64,000 nucleotides of DNA from an uncultured Verrucomicrobiae bacterium. GTDB lineage: Bacteria > Verrucomicrobiota > Verrucomicrobiia > Chthoniobacterales > JAFAMB01. The notes below the pieces were generated by a model. The model did not search any database and had not been told where the DNA came from. It saw only the letters and a list, made by a program, of their open reading frames with translations. The DNA is taken from NCBI GenBank assembly GCA_963782115.1, contig CAWAIK010000001.1, forward strand, positions 384,001 to 448,000, in the 5' to 3' direction. Position numbers and translations under genes: made by a program. Position 1 is the stretch's first letter. The number at the start of each line of letters is the position of its first letter. Below are positions 61,866 to 64,000 of this stretch, piece by piece.

Positions 61866-63113
61866 ATGAGAGCGGATGAAATGACGGGACGCAAAGAAAA
61901 TCCCAAAACGAAACCCCACCTCTTTATCGTTCTTGTGCTCTCTGTTCATCTTACGATTTGTTTCCTGGTGCTGGCAAAAAACGTCAGTCATCCGAACACG
62001 AGCGAACGGCTTCTCTCGAGTGATTCTGTCCACTATGTGGATATTGCGCGTGATTTTTGCTCGGGCGACTTTTCTATGAAATACGTAAAGGAACGCCCGC
62101 ACCGCCAGCCGCTGTACCCGGCATTGCTGGCCATTGCCATGAAACTCGGGAACGGTAACCGGTTCATGCTTGGGGCGGTGAACATCCTGGTCGCCGCGGT
62201 ATCGATCCTCGCAATTTACATTTTTACCCTTGCGCTGTTCAAAAACCGGTTTGCTGCGTCTGTGAGCGCCTTGGCTTTAGCGGGAAATCCGTTCATTGAT
62301 CGTGAAATCACCGCGCGGCTTCTGACCGAGCCGCTCCATCTGCTACTGACGATTTGCGCGATCTTCGCTTTTCTGAGGTATATCCAGCGGAAAGATTGCC
62401 GGTGGCTGTTCGGCTGCGCTGGTTTCCTCGGTCTCGACTATCTGACGCGTCCAAACGGTCTGATCATGGCTGCCGCAGCGATTGGCACGATGGCCTTGAG
62501 CGATCTGCTGAGGTATTGGACGGCAACTCAAGGTCGTCCCTCTTTTTTCGGATGGCTCATAAAATATGCAGGAATCTATCTCGTGGCCGTAGCCATCTTC
62601 CTCGGCGCATCGACACCAAGCTGGGTTCCGCGATTAGTCTATTTCGGCAACCCCTTTCATCACGGATACCTCGAAAATTATATGTGGGTTGACACCTATA
62701 AAGAGGGACACGTCGGTGAAAGCTACGCCACTTACACCTGGCGCGATTATTTTGCGCATCATCACGTACGGGATGTCGTTTCCCGTTTATTCCATGGTTT
62801 GCGCAACGTCTATATTCGTATCCCGATTATGATGGAACGGATCCCATTACTTTTTTTGCTTAGCATCGGCGGTGCTTGGATCGCGCTCCGAATCGCCGCA
62901 AGAGAGTATCGGTTTCTATGCTTGTTTCTTCTTCTGCAAATGCAGCCGTTAGTTTGGACTAATTTCTCCAACCCAACCTCGCGAGTGCCTTACGGCTCGA
63001 TACTTCCGTTCGAGCTTTTTCTGGCGGCATTATTTCTGGCATGGGCCGGCGAACAACCGCGGATTCGATCCTGGTTCGGTGACCGATTTGCAACCAGCTA
63101 CAGGCGTCCATGA
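61866..63113 (+). CDS. GT39/ArnT-like membrane glycosyltransferase
   Basis: SDSVHY, HRQPLYP, LLTEPL and YLTRPNG motifs with multiple TM segments. Confidence 0.75.
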   Translation: MRADEMTGRKENPKTKPHLFIVLVLSVHLTICFLVLAKNVSHPNTSERLLSSDSVHYVDIARDFCSGDFSMKYVKERPHRQPLYPALLAIAMKLGNGNRFMLGAVNILVAAVSILAIYIFTLALFKNRFAASVSALALAGNPFIDREITARLLTEPLHLLLTICAIFAFLRYIQRKDCRWLFGCAGFLGLDYLTRPNGLIMAAAAIGTMALSDLLRYWTATQGRPSFFGWLIKYAGIYLVAVAIFLGASTPSWVPRLVYFGNPFHHGYLENYMWVDTYKEGHVGESYATYTWRDYFAHHHVRDVVSRLFHGLRNVYIRIPIMMERIPLLFLLSIGGAWIALRIAAREYRFLCLFLLLQMQPLVWTNFSNPTSRVPYGSILPFELFLAALFLAWAGEQPRIRSWFGDRFATSYRRP

Positions 63114-63153
63114 CCTGGTGCACCGTCTCGCCGCACTTCTGCTTAACGAGTTA

Positions 63154-63218
63154 TTGACAAATCAAGCCACAATCACTACATTTTGTGTGGTTCCTTGAAG
63201 GACGCACAATATATTGTG
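63154..63218 (+). promoter_or_regulatory. Sigma70 promoter with two NrdR boxes
   Basis: TTGACA (63154)-17 bp-TACATT (63177). CACTACATTTTGTG (63174) and the palindrome CACAATATATTGTG (63205) lie 31 bp apart, upstream of an RNR gene. Confidence 0.85.
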
Positions 63219-63234
63219 GATAAATGTGTGAAAG

Positions 63235-63322
63235 AGTGCCTGTGGTTATTGCCCGCAGGAGAATAGGGAACCGAGTGTGAATCCCGGACGGTCGCGCCGC
63301 TGTAACGGACGACGAAGGACCC
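63235..63322 (+). ncRNA. Cobalamin riboswitch, 5' half only
   Basis: AATAGGGAA-CCGAGTGTGAATCCCGG-ACGGTCGCGCCGCTGTAA core. No GCCACTG/GGGAAG or B12-box segment before coding sequence begins. Confidence 0.8.
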
Positions 63323-63330
63323 ATAAACGA

Positions 63331-64000
63331 CGGTGGATTATTGAAATGGGAGTCGGCTATTTCTTCGCCGCCGAAGGCATCGTGGGCGACTCGGTGCTCC
63401 ACGTCATCGAGGAAAACCTCAGCGCCGCGGAGTTAAAGCACGCTGCGCTGCGCCAGATCGCCGAGGAGAGCATCCACATGGATTCACTTCTTCACATCAT
63501 AGGTTCGCTGAATATGGATCTCGACGAAGTGACCGCGCGTTTCTCCGATATCCCCAGTGTCCGGAAAAAGAATGCCTTCATCACGCGCGAGATGCCGGAA
63601 TTGAAGATGGGTATCGATCTGACCGAGACGTCGAACAAGCAAAAGTTCGCCAAGGCCATTTTCGGGATCACGCAAGTCATGGAAGGGACGCAGTTCTACG
63701 CGCTCTTTGCGATGATCCTCTCGCTCCACCGGCAAAACAAAATGACCGGCATCGGCCAAATGTTCCAATACACCCTGCGCGATGAATCAAACCACATCGC
63801 GCTCGGTCGCTACATTCTCACGCAACTCATTGCCGAAAATCCAGAACTCTGGACGCCGGAGTTTCGGACCGAATTGCTCGCCTTCATGCGCGAAGCCGTG
63901 GAGCTGGAAAAAGAATTCGTTCGCGACTGCCTTCCCGAAGACATGGTTGGCCTACGGCAGGCGGAGTTCCTCGACTACGTTGATTTTAATGCCGACCGGC
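63331..64000 (+). pseudogene. nrdB: Ribonucleotide reductase R2 (beta) subunit, N-terminally truncated, runs off the window
   Basis: Hand translation RWIIEMGVGYFFAAEGIVGD...RQIAEESIHMDSL...MEGTQFYALF...KMTGIGQMFQYTLRDESNH. First ATG at 63346. Confidence 0.88.

Overview
Bacterial chromosomal window, probably Verrucomicrobiota (Chthoniobacterales-like). That assignment is inferred from gene content and intergenic repeat style, not shown directly. It has three parts. (1) 1-4.6 kb: two outer-membrane porins. (2) 4.65-20.6 kb: a dense, largely decayed mobile-element island containing a Mu-transposase-C/ExeA-type IS remnant, a truncated IS110, a DUF6788 + large serine recombinase element that ends exactly in the GIPTV motif of a group II intron-type RT, DUF4338/ISKra4-like and IS66 remnants, and one intact RAYT-like HUH (Y1) nuclease. 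That nuclease sits in a ~3.7 kb field of at least 17 exact GGGACAGGTC motifs, polarised toward the gene, which bound reshuffled DNA modules including a ~170 bp inverted-repeat cassette in three copies. (3) 20.7-64 kb: mostly housekeeping and metabolic genes (phosphoketolase, malEFG, LysR and LacI regulators, an eroded allantoin operon, transporters, Sir2/macrodomain/NDT) with dispersed repeats. It ends in an NrdR-box promoter and a truncated cobalamin riboswitch fused by deletion to a class Ic-like (Tyr-less) RNR R2 gene. Best candidates for undescribed biology: the HUH nuclease/GGGACAGGTC module system, an IS-end family that docks on 12-bp motifs of this kind, and the recombinase element/group II intron junctions. 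No rRNA, tRNA or CRISPR array was recognised. All family assignments are from motif recognition, without database searches.
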